A stretch of DNA of 57,303 nucleotides, counting the filler, from Dugesia japonica (taxonomy: Eukaryota), in assembly GCA_001938525.1 (NCBI GenBank). It is 5 parts of 5 records of this genome, joined end to end, with 100 filler letters (N's around TTAATTAATTAA, not from the genome) between each part and the next. Parts side by side here need not be neighbours in the genome. Positions count along the whole stretch, not along the records: positions 12,063 to 24,075 come from MQRL01621119.1; positions 24,176 to 33,643 come from MQRL01508817.1; 3 more parts are not named here. One strand, written 5' to 3'. Numbering within the stretch: position 1 is the stretch's first letter; each line of letters begins with the position of its first letter. Both the position numbers and the translations under genes were made by a program. Shown piece after piece: positions 12,063 to 24,900 of the stretch. Below the pieces are notes generated by a model, which was given only the letters and a program-made list of their open reading frames with translations, was not told the origin of the DNA and made no database searches.

Positions 12063-12855
12063 GCGAGAGTTGCAAATCGAAATAATCAGAAACCGGTAAA
12101 TCATACAGTGAATAGACATGTAGAGCAAAGAAAGGAAAAACAAAATATCGAATCTTGGTCATAAGATCGGTCATACTAAAGCAAATTGTCCGACAAAAAA
12201 GTGGTAGAGTGCTGGAGTTGTTATAAAACAGGAAATATACGATGAGATTGTCCAAATAAAAACTCAGCAAAATGTTTTGGTTGGGGAAAGGTTAGCCATA
12301 TTAGAAGGTTATGTCAAGAAGTGAAGTGTAAACGATGTGGTAATGGTGAACATAGAGCAGAAGAGTGCTATACAAAATTAAAAGCGATAAGAACAAGTGA
12401 GAAATTTATGACTGCAGAACGNNNNNNNNNNNNNNNNNNNNNAGTACATGCGATTGAAGATGAAGATGTCAGTACAAACGATGGATATGAGGAAGCATAT
12501 GAAAGTGATTCCGAAAGGCAGTACCAAAAAGGCAGGGCTCCACCAGTAGAGGAGTTGGTTGGAGTCATCCATTATTAAATGAAGTTAGTAATTATCCTCA
12601 AGGGGTCGAAAAGTTGGATGATATATGAAAAGTTACAGAAAAGATATACAGGTTCTTAAAGAGGGAAAATTTTGCAGATGATAGAAAAGTAGAATGGGCT
12701 GGAACAGTTGAAGNNNNNNNNNNNNNNNNNNNNNNGTACCATAAAATGCATGGCATATCAAGTGTTACGGTATCAATTCAAGGAAATAAACTAGAATGTC
12801 TATTAGATATAGGGTCTAGAATTAAAGTGATGAGTTTGAGTTGTTTTAAGTTCCC
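12063..12855 (+). mobile_element. Family A Gypsy gag (CCHC knuckles) and protease fragment
   Basis: CKRCGNGEHRAEEC and ECLLDIGSRIKVMS. Homologous to 2660-3430 and 33744-34460. Confidence 0.88.
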
Positions 12856-12859
12856 ATGT

Positions 12860-13055
12860 TTAAGGAAAAATAATAAAATGAAAAATAACACCTTGAATAC
12901 ATTAAAAAAATATAAAAATCACAATTAATATTGTTTTTTTTAAGGTGTGAAATTCACACCTTGAGTATCAATGTCTATTGTTTACATTATGGTGTAAAAG
13001 TTCACACCTTGATTAAATTGACACTTCCGATCCAGTGCTGACACTTCCACCTACT
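12860..13055. mobile_element. Solo Polinton-like TIR end with internal palindromes
   Basis: Ends GTGCTGACACTTCCACCTACT (reverse complement AGTAGGTGGAAGTGTCAGCAC). Contains the palindrome aaggtgtgaa-a-ttcacacctt. Confidence 0.5.
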
Positions 13056-13339
13056 GACAATAGATATTTGCTACAAAATTCTTTATCTTTTATCAAAATA
13101 TAATTGGTCTAGTTAAATTATAATTTTCTTATTTAAAAATTAAATCTTTTTTAATTAAATTGAATGGAAAATCTCTGAAATGTTTTTTTTAAAAAATAAT
13201 TTATACATTAAAGCACTAAAATATTTAAAATATGTACTTTATTAAAATATAAAAATATTAAAACTTTAATTTTTTACTAATTTTTAAAAATTTTAAAAAT
13301 TTTAATCATTGAAAAATTTTAATTATTGTAAATTTTGAA

Positions 13340-14190
13340 AATCACGTTAATTTTAGATTTCTCCTCTTTAATTAATGTGTTCATGTTTTTTTTCTGTGAA
13401 GTGTAGAAATGTAGTCTGCTCCTAATGTTATCCATGTAATATGTTGTTTTTCTGGGAAAATATTATGTTTCTGCTGAAAGTGTTTGAAGACTTCACCTTC
13501 TTTCTGTTTGAGATGTTNATTAATTCTTGTACGGATGGTTCTGTATGATTCTCCTATATATGTATCCTTAAATAAAGTGCATGTTATTTTGTAAGTGATT
13601 TTTTTATTGCATATATTTCTAGCATCACAAATGCATTTGGGACCACAAAAATTTTGTCTTGGTTTCTGTAATNNNNNNNNNNNNNNNNNNNNNNNNNNNN
13701 NNNNNNNNNNNNNNNNNNNNNNNNNNNNNNNNNNNNNNNNNNNNNNNNNNNNNNNNNNNNNNNNNNNNNNNNNNNNNNNNNNNNNNNNNNNNNNNNNNNN
13801 NNNNNNNNNNNNNNNNNNNNNNNNNNNNNNNNNNNNNNNNNNNNNNNNNNNNNNNNNNNNNNNNNNNNNNNNNNNNNNNNNNNNNNNNNNNNNNNNNNNN
13901 NNNNNNNTTTGAACATAGTCTTTCAGCTCTTACTCTTGATTATTCCAATTTTCTGTCTGATGGTAGTATTACTACTCCACGGTAATATATTTCCACCGTG
14001 GAATGGTTTCATATATAACTGAGTGGTTAATGATTCACCAGGTTTCTTTTGGATTAAGGTGTCCAGTTTATATAAATTACTTTTTCTCGTTTGTTTATGA
14101 TAAATTATGAAGAGATTTTGAAAGCAGATACCTTTTATATGCATGTGTGTTTCATTTTCATAAATGTGTGTATTACGTTTTTCTAATCTT
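13340..14190 (-). mobile_element. Penelope-like element 3' part: RT C-terminus and GIY-YIG endonuclease
   Basis: LDTLIQK...TTQLYMKPFHGGNILPWSS, then CGPKCIC...ITYKITCTLFKDTYIGESYRTIRTRINXH (GIY-YIG preceded by a Cys-rich linker). Confidence 0.85.
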
Positions 14191-14524
14191 TTGTTTGTGT
14201 GTATTTCATTTTTTTATTCCTTGTATTAATTTATGTTTAATTTTAATTAATTTATTAATTAATTAACTTTCTATTATCTTATCTTAGTTGTTCCCCGCTT
14301 TTAACTTTCTATTTTTCTATTCTCTTATCTTTGTTATCTATTTTTATATACGTGTATGTATCATTTAATTTCAAAATATGTCCAAAAGTGAGGTCAATTC
14401 TTGTTATATGTACGAATCATACTCTTTATTTAATATGCATTATTAGTAATTAAGAAATGAAAACAATTCACATTTTTTAAGTACATTTATTTTCAAATAA
14501 TAACAATACTTTAATGTACATTTT

Positions 14525-14700
14525 CAACTACAATGTTGATATTTCAACCACATTGAGCAATATTATCTACAGGTTGTTGTAAACCATTGTTGATAATGGA
14601 TCTTGTTGTACTCAATTGGTTTTGACATTCTCGATAGGTGTGATACCAACATTTATGGATAATAATATCCAAACGAATCGAATACCAATATCTTTGATAG
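14525..14700 (-). pseudogene. Polinton-type adenain-like cysteine protease fragment
   Basis: VFDSFGYYYP*...IEYNKIHYQQWFTTTCR*YCSMWL resembles the Polinton protease pattern FDSFG...YN..Q.Q...CG.YC. Contains stops. Confidence 0.6.
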
Positions 14701-15270
14701 TTTATTCATTCATTCACTATTCGTCCATCAACCACTTACTCAATCACATAATCCATTTACTTAAATCAACTATTCTATACAATTATTAAGTCTATTCAAT
14801 ACATTTAATTGTCAATACACGAAATCATTTCACAATTAATTACATTTAATTGACTCATTTTATTAATAAGCATTATTTTATTTAAAATTATCAAGTTATT
14901 AATGAGATGTATTAGAATTTATAATAAAAATGATTTAAATTTATTGGTAGCTATTATTGCAAATTTTTAATATTCCCTGGAGAAAATCATATTTTAAAGC
15001 AAATAATTAATACACCCATTTGACTATGCATTTCAAATAATCCTATTAATCTACCAATCATTCGTTTAATCTACTATACTACTTATGCAATACACTTAAA
15101 TCATTCATTAAAATTCATTCAATATTGTACTCGTAAAAAATACATAAAAAACATACATTTATTTCATATACTTAATCCTTACAATTACACTCAATCCACT
15201 TTGCATACTTAATTGAATAAATCAACTTAATTCATTCACTTAATATAATTAACCACTTATTGACTTAGGA
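14700..15270 (+). repeat. Degenerate (ATTC/ACTC/AATC)n-rich low-complexity repeat
   Basis: Runs such as ttcattcattcact and acttactcaatcac. A similar tract lies at 17090-17290. Confidence 0.5.
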
Positions 15271-16089
15271 ATTCAAATAGACACATAGGAGCCCACGGAG
15301 CCATATTCTCCCTCCCTCAAAGTGTGCGCACACAATGTGCCTCCAAATTTTCTCGGGTTTTCAATTGACGACACACATTTTTTAGTATTACGTAATAGAT
15401 TTTCTAGGAATTTTATTAGTGATGAAAATATGTGTGTTTACCTAAGTGAACTCGTATTTTTTTCTAGTTACCCACATTTTATTTTTTTTTTAATTTTAAT
15501 ATTTTTATTTAGATTTTTATGGATTTTTAGTGTAAACTAATTTTTGTTTAAATTAAATTATTTTAAATTATTTTTTTCATAAAAATTTTATTTCAAAATT
15601 TTTAATTCAAATTAAAAGTTTTTTTAACATTTTTGGTTCAAATAAAAATATTTCTATGATTTTATTTAAATGAAGTCAAAAATATCATACAACACATAAT
15701 TCATCGCGGAATTTTACGGTTAACAATCATTTTATAGTTAAAACCTTATAAAATGTATACATAACAAGTAAAAATTAAAAGATTGCCCGGAGAGTAGGTA
15801 ACATTGATTTTGTTCGGGAGACTTTAATATTACAAGCAACGATATATTAACAATAGTAAGTAATAAACAAAGAAATAACAAATACGTATTGCAAAATACA
15901 TTTATTTCAAATAAAACAAAATCAATTCGATAAAGCCAGTTAAATAAAGTTTGTTCGATTACAGTTAATTTGATTGCTTTCTTCATGCGATTGGTTTCTT
16001 CATCTGATTACTAATAATAATAAAACTAATTTCTAATAACTTCAAATTAATTAATTACCAATACATTATGTTGATTGATCCTAAATATT

Positions 16090-16542
16090 ATTTATTGTAG
16101 TCAAACTATAATGCCCTTATGGTACACTGATGTTTTTGTGTATCCATACTCTCTTATCGTCGTTGTTGGTCAATGCTATTTTTGGTTTCTTAAAGCTGTA
16201 CAATTGATGGTTTCATGTACCAATTTTAAATTGGTTTACTGAGACCGCTCTATTGTTGTTGTAACAATCCAGATACGACTGGTGATTCAAGTAAGTAGCT
16301 TTTAATGTTACCACCTTAGCCTTCATGATGTTCTTTTCACTAAGGAGACTCTAACATTTCGGTCTCAGAAAAACCCATTCCTTGTATTTCATGCCCTTGC
16401 TTGTATCTATAAACTTCTTTATTACTAAGTTTAACTTGTTTTTATTAATTGGATGTTCTGCACTGTAATTTAAAGTGTCCTACAACTCATCTTTGACCAT
16501 TAGTTTTAGTTATTTTTCTAATCTAATATCTTTCCCTTCCAG
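16090..16542 (-). pseudogene. Polinton/Maverick protein-primed DNA polymerase B, C-terminal fragment
   Basis: DTLNYSAEHP..NLVIKKFIDTSKG..KEWVFLRPKC*SL..MKAKVV..LNHQSYLDC..KIALTNNDDKRVW..SVP*GHY matches pPolB motifs GKFKDE, LRPKMYS, KAKGV, DDKR and PYGHY. Confidence 0.8.
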
Positions 16543-17329
16543 ACAAAAATACAAGCAAAACTTACGTAATTGCACAAAGTTTTATGGCTAATAAAAGTTC
16601 AAGAAAATGCTGGTTCACTTTATCTTCAAGAATGTCCAAAATATAATTCATGGCATTGGTTTTGATATAATTTTCGATAAAAATCAGCTCAGTTTTGCTG
16701 AAAATGACACTGCAGTCCAAACCATGACCTCTGCTGGTTTCTGAGTGCGAGAAACAATCCTTCCCATTCGGTTTGCCACAGAAGAAGAAGGATTATCATT
16801 TTGGATGTGGTGGGCTTGCTTTATGCTAAAATATTCTCATAAGAAAAAAGCATACTTTTATGAAAATTGGCCCTGCACTCGCGCAATATGCGCTGATATC
16901 TTTCTTTTTTGGTTGCACATTTTCCTTTTGTTTTTTTAGCTTGAAAGCTCATTTTTTACTATTTTGCGCACGTTTGACTCACAAATGCAGATATCTGTGG
17001 TCATTTTTCTTATTTAATCTTTAAATGAGAAAGTTATTCTCTTCAATTTATTCTATTAAATGTTCAATTAATTATCTATTTAATTTAGTCAATACATTTA
17101 AATGTGCTCTATTCAATTCCAGATANNNNNNNNNNNNNNNNNNNNNNNTCATATAATCAACTCGATTACTCTTACAATTAACATAATCCACCCTTAATTT
17201 ATCCATCAATCATTCATACAACTCAAATAATCCAGTTGATTGTTCACTCATTTTACTATTTACTTAAACTAATAATAAACTAATTCAACTGAATAACGAA
17301 ACCATGCCATACTACCTGCAATATTTAGT

Positions 17330-17680
17330 AATAGGCTCATTTTTGAAAGACGATTCTCGGTCGCATATTGCAATGAGTTTAAAACAAATGTTGTTGGGAA
17401 TTAGCTGGAAAGTTCTACCACACTCAGCCTACCTCGTTTTTAAACCACTGCAATATTGTTAAGAGATACACACTTCTCTATTTACGAGGAAGTATCAAAA
17501 TGGATTGCTGAATGGATTAATTTCTCGAATAAAGCATTTTATTGCAAAAGAATTCAACTTTTACCGGAAAGATTGGTAAACGTAATAGAAAGTGAAGGAA
17601 ATATTTGGACTAATTTATCATTTGTAAATGTTGTAAACATAAACGTATTTCTATTCATAAAGAGCATAAATAATTAAAAC
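17330..17680 (+). mobile_element. Mariner 3' relic
   Basis: WKVLPHSAY and EEVSKWIAEW...FYCKRIQLLPERLVNVIESEG. Confidence 0.8.
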
Positions 17681-18580
17681 CATTAATAGTTAAATATTAC
17701 TTTAAATAGAAAACATTTTCAATAATTTACTTGGCAAAATATCCAAATTTCGCAATGAAATAACCTACAATTAGCAATATATATTAAAATAGAGAATTTT
17801 ACTCTATTTACATATATGGCGACAGGGAAACCATCAGTATTATATTCATTGGGTGTAGCAAATCTGGTAAATAGGATGAATAGGACAATGTGGTGTCATT
17901 AATTNCAGCTAAAATAGTCGCAATTTTGATTATTTTTAAAGTTTCGACAACAGAACTGACCCTGATATTAGTTTTACGAAGAATTAATGTTAAATTTACA
18001 AGAAGGCTCAATTTCCCCGGTGGTCAGGGAAGATGGTCTTAGAATTAAATAATTTACAATTAGAAGTGCATATTCAAATTGCAAATATGTTTGGGGCTTA
18101 CTTTTGGAAAAGGCGTATATTAGAAATTAATAAAAAAAAAGCATCTATGCTTTATTTCATGGTGAGAGCTTACTTGCAGAGTAATACAGCACATATTAAT
18201 AATGGCTTAAATACTTTTTTTAATAATTGGTTAATATTTTCTTCACCAATATAAATAAATAATAAAATCACTCAATTTCTAACAGTATATATAAATGTAA
18301 TTTATTTTTCAAAAATATTAAAAGCTTGATTTTTTCTAACTTCCTGATGATTTATTTAACTTACAATAAACTTGTTTTTGTTTATTTGATCCGTTTTCAC
18401 AATGAAAAAGAATGTTTAACCAATCAAAAAAATAAAGTTTCTGTTCTTTTCTTTAATCCAATGAAATCCAAATTTCATTATAATATAATGAATAAAATAA
18501 TTATTAAAAACATGATAATAAATGATATTTGTAAACTGTCTCATTGTTATATTTCTATTAATTTCCCAAAATCAATTCAG

Positions 18581-18713
18581 AACAATGTCTGACTTAAATA
18601 TCGAAAATAGTCATTTTAAAAATGTGAAAATAAGAAAAGTTTTGGAACATGATTCTACAAGAAAGCACCGTGGAACTCAACTGCAAAATGCAATAAGAAA
18701 TTATGTAATAATT
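18581..18713 (+). CDS. Possible isolated host exon (unknown protein)
   Basis: Acceptor caattcag|, ATG at 18585, 43 open codons (MSDLNIENSHF...RNYVII) and donor gtaagt. No homology recognised. Confidence 0.25.
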
Positions 18714-19134
18714 GTAAGTAATCAAACGAATTAAGTTAAAAAAAGAATAAATTAGATAAGTGTTTTTTTTGTTATTTCTTTTTTATTGATTATAATGATA
18801 CATTGTTTGACGAAACTCTAAAATGATAGAAATACAAAAGTTCAAATCAGTAACTTTATCGAAAAAAATTTTTTGATTTGTTTATTTAAATTATATTATA
18901 AAAATTATTTTATATTATATTATAATATTGTTAGAGAAATCGACTTTAAATTCTTGTTTTTGAGTGAAAATATCCATTTAATAATTGTTAATAACTTAAA
19001 CAAAATAGAACTAATGAAAATCAATAAAATGTATTATTTTTACAAAAATTTATACATATACTTGTACAATTGAAGTTTTTTATAAAAATTGCCAAAAAAA
19101 TGAATTATCAAAATCTATTAATTTAAAATTCATT

Positions 19135-19460
19135 ACAGTTAATAATGACGACAAATTAAATGGTTAGAATTTAAATCAATTTTCGGTCAGAATAAAATTT
19201 AATTTTTGATCAGAATAAAAATATGAATGGTCAGAATAAAAATATAGATTGGCCAGAATAAAATTATTATAGTGTGTCAGAATTTTATAACCATTTCATA
19301 AAATTATAAAATATGACTAATTTTATTTAAATTATGACCATTATATATAAATTCTAATCTCTGTAATTCTGACGGATAATTCTGGACATTTAATATAAAT
19401 TCTGATCAATGTAATTAAAATTCTGACCGGAAAAATCAGGGCCGTTAATACTTGCAGTTA
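19135..19460. repeat. Foldback-like element built from inverted ggtcagaat / attctgacc arrays
   Basis: The left half has about five (g)gtcagaat units and the right half about five attctga(cc) units. Confidence 0.55.
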
Positions 19461-19514
19461 ATTTATTATTAAATTATAATTCAAATAATAAAGTTATATA
19501 TTATTAATATTATT

Positions 19515-19884
19515 ACAATGAGAGACCACATCTTTCTTCAATCGTCAAGCAAACATTGTTAGACTTGCAATGGGAAATCCTTCCNNNNNNNNNNNNNNNN
19601 NNNNNNNNNNNNNNNNNNNNNNNNNNNNNNNNNNGGTCAATGGCACATTCCCTGGAAAATATGCAATTCAATTCGTACGAAGATGTCCAGAATTGGGTTT
19701 CCAGCTGGATCGATTCTAAAGAAAAATCATTTTATCATCGCGGAATATCCATGTTGCCAGATTTATGGGAGAAAGTCATTCTTAACGATGGAAAATACTT
19801 TGATTGATTTTATCGTGTCTATTTGTTATAAAATAACTATTAAAAGTTGTTAAAAAGGTCTAGAATTAATGCACCCACCTAATA
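19515..19884 (+). mobile_element. Mariner 3' relic with right TIR
   Basis: RPH...LQWEIL...FYHRGISMLPDLWEKVILNDGKYFD*. Ends ...gcacccacctaa-TA. Confidence 0.85.
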
Positions 19885-21754
19885 CAAAATACACTTATAA
19901 ATTTTGTTCCAACAGAAAAATTACAGTTTTTCAAATTTCACTTTATAAAATAACATTCAAATTAACTTTTGAAATCTATATAATATTTTCATCATAAAAA
20001 TAAAAATACAAACAACAAATTGTTCGTTCTGATTTATCCCTCAATTTATCTGTTAATTTTGAGTTGAAACCTTCATCATTGGGATGAAAATCGAAAACCA
20101 TCTACACATTGTCTAAAGGACTTATGATGAAAAATGCTTCGTTCCTGGCGAATAATAAAGAACATTTGCATTAATTTCTTTTTTATATAAAAAATATATT
20201 AAATATTAAATCATTTTATTAAGAAATTTCTAATTACTTTCAAAAAACTTTAACTAATGTCTAAACGTATGTATCATTTCTGAATTTAAAAATTTGTTTT
20301 TCTAAATTTGATTTTAAAAACGAAATAAAAATTTTAATATTTATTAATGATATTTATTAATAATTAAATTCAAATTATTTTCAAATTGATTACATTAAAA
20401 AATAATTTAAAGGAAAATTTCAACTGACATGACAAAAAATTTAACTTTGTTTTTTAAACCAATATATTAATTATATTACATATATATTATATATATTAAC
20501 TTTATAGTTTCACTTTAACTTTATACTGTGAATTAACTTTTTTCGTTTAATTATGACCACAATAAAAACAAACATAAACTTGGAGTTGACAAAACCGTTG
20601 CCGCTTTCATAGCACAAAAGAAAGAAGATGCAGGAATTTGAAACCATTAAAACGTGAACGAAACCTTAAAACTAGCGCTCCAAAAAGCTATGAAAATCTG
20701 ACAAGAATTGAATGAAAAAATATCAGTGTCATAGGATTTTTGTTGTTGCGCAATAACTGATTGCTAATTTATTTGCTGAAAACGTTTTCTGTATGAATAT
20801 TTCTTGTGATTAAACTTATGTTTCTTGAACTATGGAATTGTTGTAGAGTTGGTTGGAACACAAAAAACAAACAATTAACTAATCTACAAACAATGATAAG
20901 TTGAGCCAACACTCGGCTTGCTAGATCCAAAATAAACTAGGNNNNNNNNNNNNNNNNNNNNNNNNNNNNNNNNNNNNNNNNNNNNNNNNNNNNNNNNNNN
21001 NNNNNNNNNNNNNNNNNNNNNNNNNNNNNNNNNNNNNNNNNNNNNNNNNNNNNNNNNNNNNNNNNNNNNNNNNNNNNNNNNNNNNNNNNNNNNNNNNNNN
21101 NNNNNNNNNNNNNNNNNNNNNNNNNNNNNNNNNNNNNNNNNNNNNNNNNNTTGCTAGGACCATAATGAGATAATAGGCAATGCTTATGGAATTTAGTATG
21201 TATTTGCATATAGAAATTAAAATTGCAAGTTTAGAATCATAAACGCATAATTAGATGATAGACAATTCGATGTTATTTTTGAATTCATCTGATTAATATT
21301 TGTCTCCATGATTCTAAAAAACACCTTTCATAAGCGTTGTACAACAAATACTTTCCATTACATTAATAGATTTTTTGACACCATTTATCCTAAAAACTAT
21401 CTGTTCACTGTCTAAAGTTCTTGTATCTAATTTTTTATGTTTTAATGATAAAATTTTAATTTTTTATTTTCAATGATGTATCTATTTTCTATGTTGAAGT
21501 GTCAGATTTATATGACTAAGTGACTGTTTCCATGTTAAAGTGAATATTTTCATAATAATAAAGCTTATATTTGCCATGTTGATTTAGAAAAATATATGTG
21601 ATGAAATATAATTTAGGAAATTTTAATGACTTATAGTAAATCTTTCAAAGTTATATGGACTTCTAAGTAATGTTTGAAAACTTAGTTTTGGCAAATCTTT
21701 AAAAATTTTATCGACTTCTGTGTAGTTTTTGAAATTATTTTTCTTTCCTATTTT

Positions 21755-22096
21755 CACCATTACCACATTTTTTACACCTCACTTCTTGGCACAACCTTCT
21801 AATATGGCCAACCTTTTCACAACCAAAACATTTTTTTGGTTTTTTATTTGGACAATCTTGACGTATATGTTCTATTTTATGACAATTCTAGCACTCTACC
21901 ACCTATTTTTTTGGACATCTTGCTTTAGTATGACCAATCTTATGACAAAACCAACATTCGATATTTTGTTTTTCCTTTCTTTGATCTACATATCTATTCA
22001 CTGTATGATATACAGGTTTCTGGTTATTTCGACTTGAAACTCTCGCGTAACTTCTAATTGCATAGACTTCATCTCTGTTTTTCTTTACTCGATCTA
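21755..22096 (-). mobile_element. Family A Gypsy gag fragment, interrupted by a family B LTR
   Basis: Nucleotide match to 34165-34510 and to the reverse complement of 12063-12350. Confidence 0.85.
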
Positions 22097-24075
22097 TGTG
22101 ATAAATTTAATTTATGATAATATTTAAATATATCTAAATTCAAATTATTGAATATTTAAAACTATATATTCAAAATATTAAAATAAATTTGGTTTGTTTT
22201 AATATTGCGATTTTATGAAATATAATGTTAACTGGTTAAATATCTCTTATTATTTAATATCTAGATTTATATAACATGGCGTCAAATGAGCAGAAAGTTT
22301 TTCTGCAGAAATTTATGTTCAAAGAAAAGGAAGCTAAGTTGTTCAAGTTCAGAAAGGACAATGAAAACTCAGTCAATATTCTAGAGCATTAAAAAAAGTC
22401 CAAGAATTTATAAATTTATGCGATGCTTGTAGTATCACCGTGGAAGAGAGAATTANNNNNNNNNNNNAATATTTTGACGACAACTTGATGAAGGAAATAA
22501 AATGTGATCCAAGCTTTGAGAGTACGAAGGTAGATATCGATTACTTGGAAAAACATCTTATCAGTTTACTGGATGTTTAACCATAAAAAATTAATCAAGC
22601 TATGCCGATACTTGAATTAATGCAGTATCGAAGAGAAAAAATAACGAATTTTGCTAAGCGTATTCGTATGGAGACCAGTGTTTTATTTGACAAGAAAGAG
22701 GAAATCATGGTAAAAGCATTTATTAATAGCTTGGGACATAGAAAATTCGCAAATGCACTAAAAATATTCAAACCAAAATCATTGAAAGAGGCAGTAAAAA
22801 GTATAAAAGATGACAGATGACTACGAAACGAATGAAAATGTATTATGTAATATGCGACAAGAGAATGAAACTATAAAAAATTTGAAAATTGAAACAGAAA
22901 AGCTACAGAATGAAATTGCCGAACTAAAGAGACACAATTACAAATCTCGTGCACCAAATATGTTTAATAAAAATTGGAATAATAATGCACAAAGTTCTGA
23001 AAAAAANNNNAAAAATGGATAACTGTGGGTAGACAAGAAACAAGAACATGCTTTACATGTGGTAAAAAGGGCCATATAGCTAGAGACTGCAATATCAAAA
23101 AATGTTTCAGGTGTGAGGGTGACCATCTTAAAAGAAACTGCAAAAAAACAAGCAGTCNNNNNNNNNNNNNNNNNNNNNNNNNNNNNNNNNNNNNNNNNNN
23201 NNNNNNNNNNNNNNNNNNNNNNNNNNNNNNNNNNNNNNNNNNNNNNNNNNNNNNNNNNNNNNNNNNNNNNNNNNNNNNNNNNNNNNNNNNNNNNNNNNNN
23301 NNNNNNNNNNNNNNNNNNNNNNNNNNNNNNNNNNNNNNNNNNNNNNNNNNNACTTAAAAAATATGAACCAACACTAATATCAGTGTCAAGGCCAGAAAAA
23401 GCAAGAAATAAACCAATTGTTGAATTTCAGGTTGCAGGGGTACCAGTAAAGGCTATGTTTGACTCGGGCGCTCATTTGAATGTTATAAGTCAGAAATTAC
23501 CCGAGCGGACCTGCAATAAGAACCCTGCTGTTAGAAATTTTAAATCTTTGGCAAAAGTAACACGCCCAAATGGTACAACAGAAAAATGTTTGGGGAAGAT
23601 ACAATTAAATATGTCAATTGAACGAGTAATGACAGCACACGTGTTTGATATTATTCCGAATATATTTCCACGTCTATATATTGGATTAAGAAGCATGAAA
23701 AAATACGAAATAATGGTGGATGCAGCAAATGAGGGAATAATAATACCGAATGTTAAGATTTCATTTATTTCAAAAACAGTTTTACCTGAGTCAACTAAAC
23801 CTATTATCGACGGTGTTAATGAGTTGTAGTACATGATTCGGAAAAGCAGAGACTCGTGAGATTTATAATGATAGTCAATGTTATAGAATTGCGGTATTTG
23901 ATGTAAGTGGAATTGGTGAATATTTTTTGAGAGCATGATAATGGACCACTCAGATCAAAAAATTACTTATGACATGAGTAAAGAATGGAGTTTTACTGGA
24001 GATAAAGAGAAAATGGCCGTGCGGAATCTTTTAGTAACAGATGAAATTACAATCGATAATAATGGATACATGTGG
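22097..24075 (+). mobile_element. Gypsy-like LTR retrotransposon family B: 5' LTR, PBS, gag, protease; cut at linker
   Basis: A TG...CA block at 22097-22276 (putative LTR) is followed by TGGCGTC (PBS-like). Gag has CFTCGKKGHIARDC and CFRCEGDHLKRNC, and the protease has AMFDSGAHLNVIS. Confidence 0.8.
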
Positions 24076-24175
24076 NNNNNNNNNNNNNNNNNNNNNNNNN
24101 NNNNNNNNNNNNNNNNNNNTTAATTAATTAANNNNNNNNNNNNNNNNNNNNNNNNNNNNNNNNNNNNNNNNNNNN
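24076..24175. other. Artificial assembly linker
   Basis: Same 100-bp structure. Confidence 0.95.
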
Positions 24176-24681
24176 TATATATATAAATTGAAGAAGATAA
24201 TTAAATTTTATTTATGTTTTATCAGGGTTAATGTCATAAATTTTAGATTCTAATGCATTTCCGACACAAAACTGGAGGAAATATATTTGGCAGAATGTAT
24301 TCTTTGATTTATTTAAGCTAAAATATTTTTTTAATTTTTATTTAATTTCGAATATTTTGATTGGAACTCATTTTATTTGATGTTTGTGATGTTTCAATAC
24401 ATTTCAATTAAACTTATTTATTTATCTTTTAATTAAAATTTCCATCCCATGAAAAATCACTTCTTAAAATAAACAGTTATAATTAAACATTCTAAATTTT
24501 TATATGAAACAAAAACTAGTTTTATTCTTTGATTTTTGTACACTCTTATTTTTAAATATTTATATATTATCTTTAAGACTGCCCTTAATATTTTATAATA
24601 AAATATTATTAAATATTATTTGGTAATACTTAATGTTATTTAATAATATTTATTAAATTATTAATAATAAAGCAATAAATC

Positions 24682-24746
<65 letters not shown>

Positions 24747-24832
24747 NNNNNNNNNNNNNNNNNNNNNNNNNNNNNNNNNNNNNNNNNNNNNNNNNNNNNN
24801 NNNNNNNNNNNNNNNNNNNNNNNNNNNNNNNN

Positions 24833-24876
<44 letters not shown>

Positions 24877-24900
24877 ATAATAATAATAATAAAAATAATA
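24682..24900. repeat. (AAT)n microsatellite
   Basis: Direct reading; spans an N gap. Confidence 0.95.

Noticed and set aside
15285-17015. Possible DNA transposon ends at ~15285 and ~17010
   Set aside because: No convincing TIR pair or TSD could be established.
20730-21720. Possible very old Penelope RT (minus strand); similar hints at 46300-47200 and 4950-5270
   Set aside because: Only faint motif resemblance with many stops. It needs a profile search.
21729-22037. Hydrophobic ORF that looks like a membrane protein (also 2251, 2960, 23490, 34379)
   Set aside because: These are antisense shadows of Gypsy gag/pol.
24247-24296. Possible small exon (also a coding-like stretch at 28240-28330)
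   Set aside because: Too short, no recognisable homology and weak splice signals.
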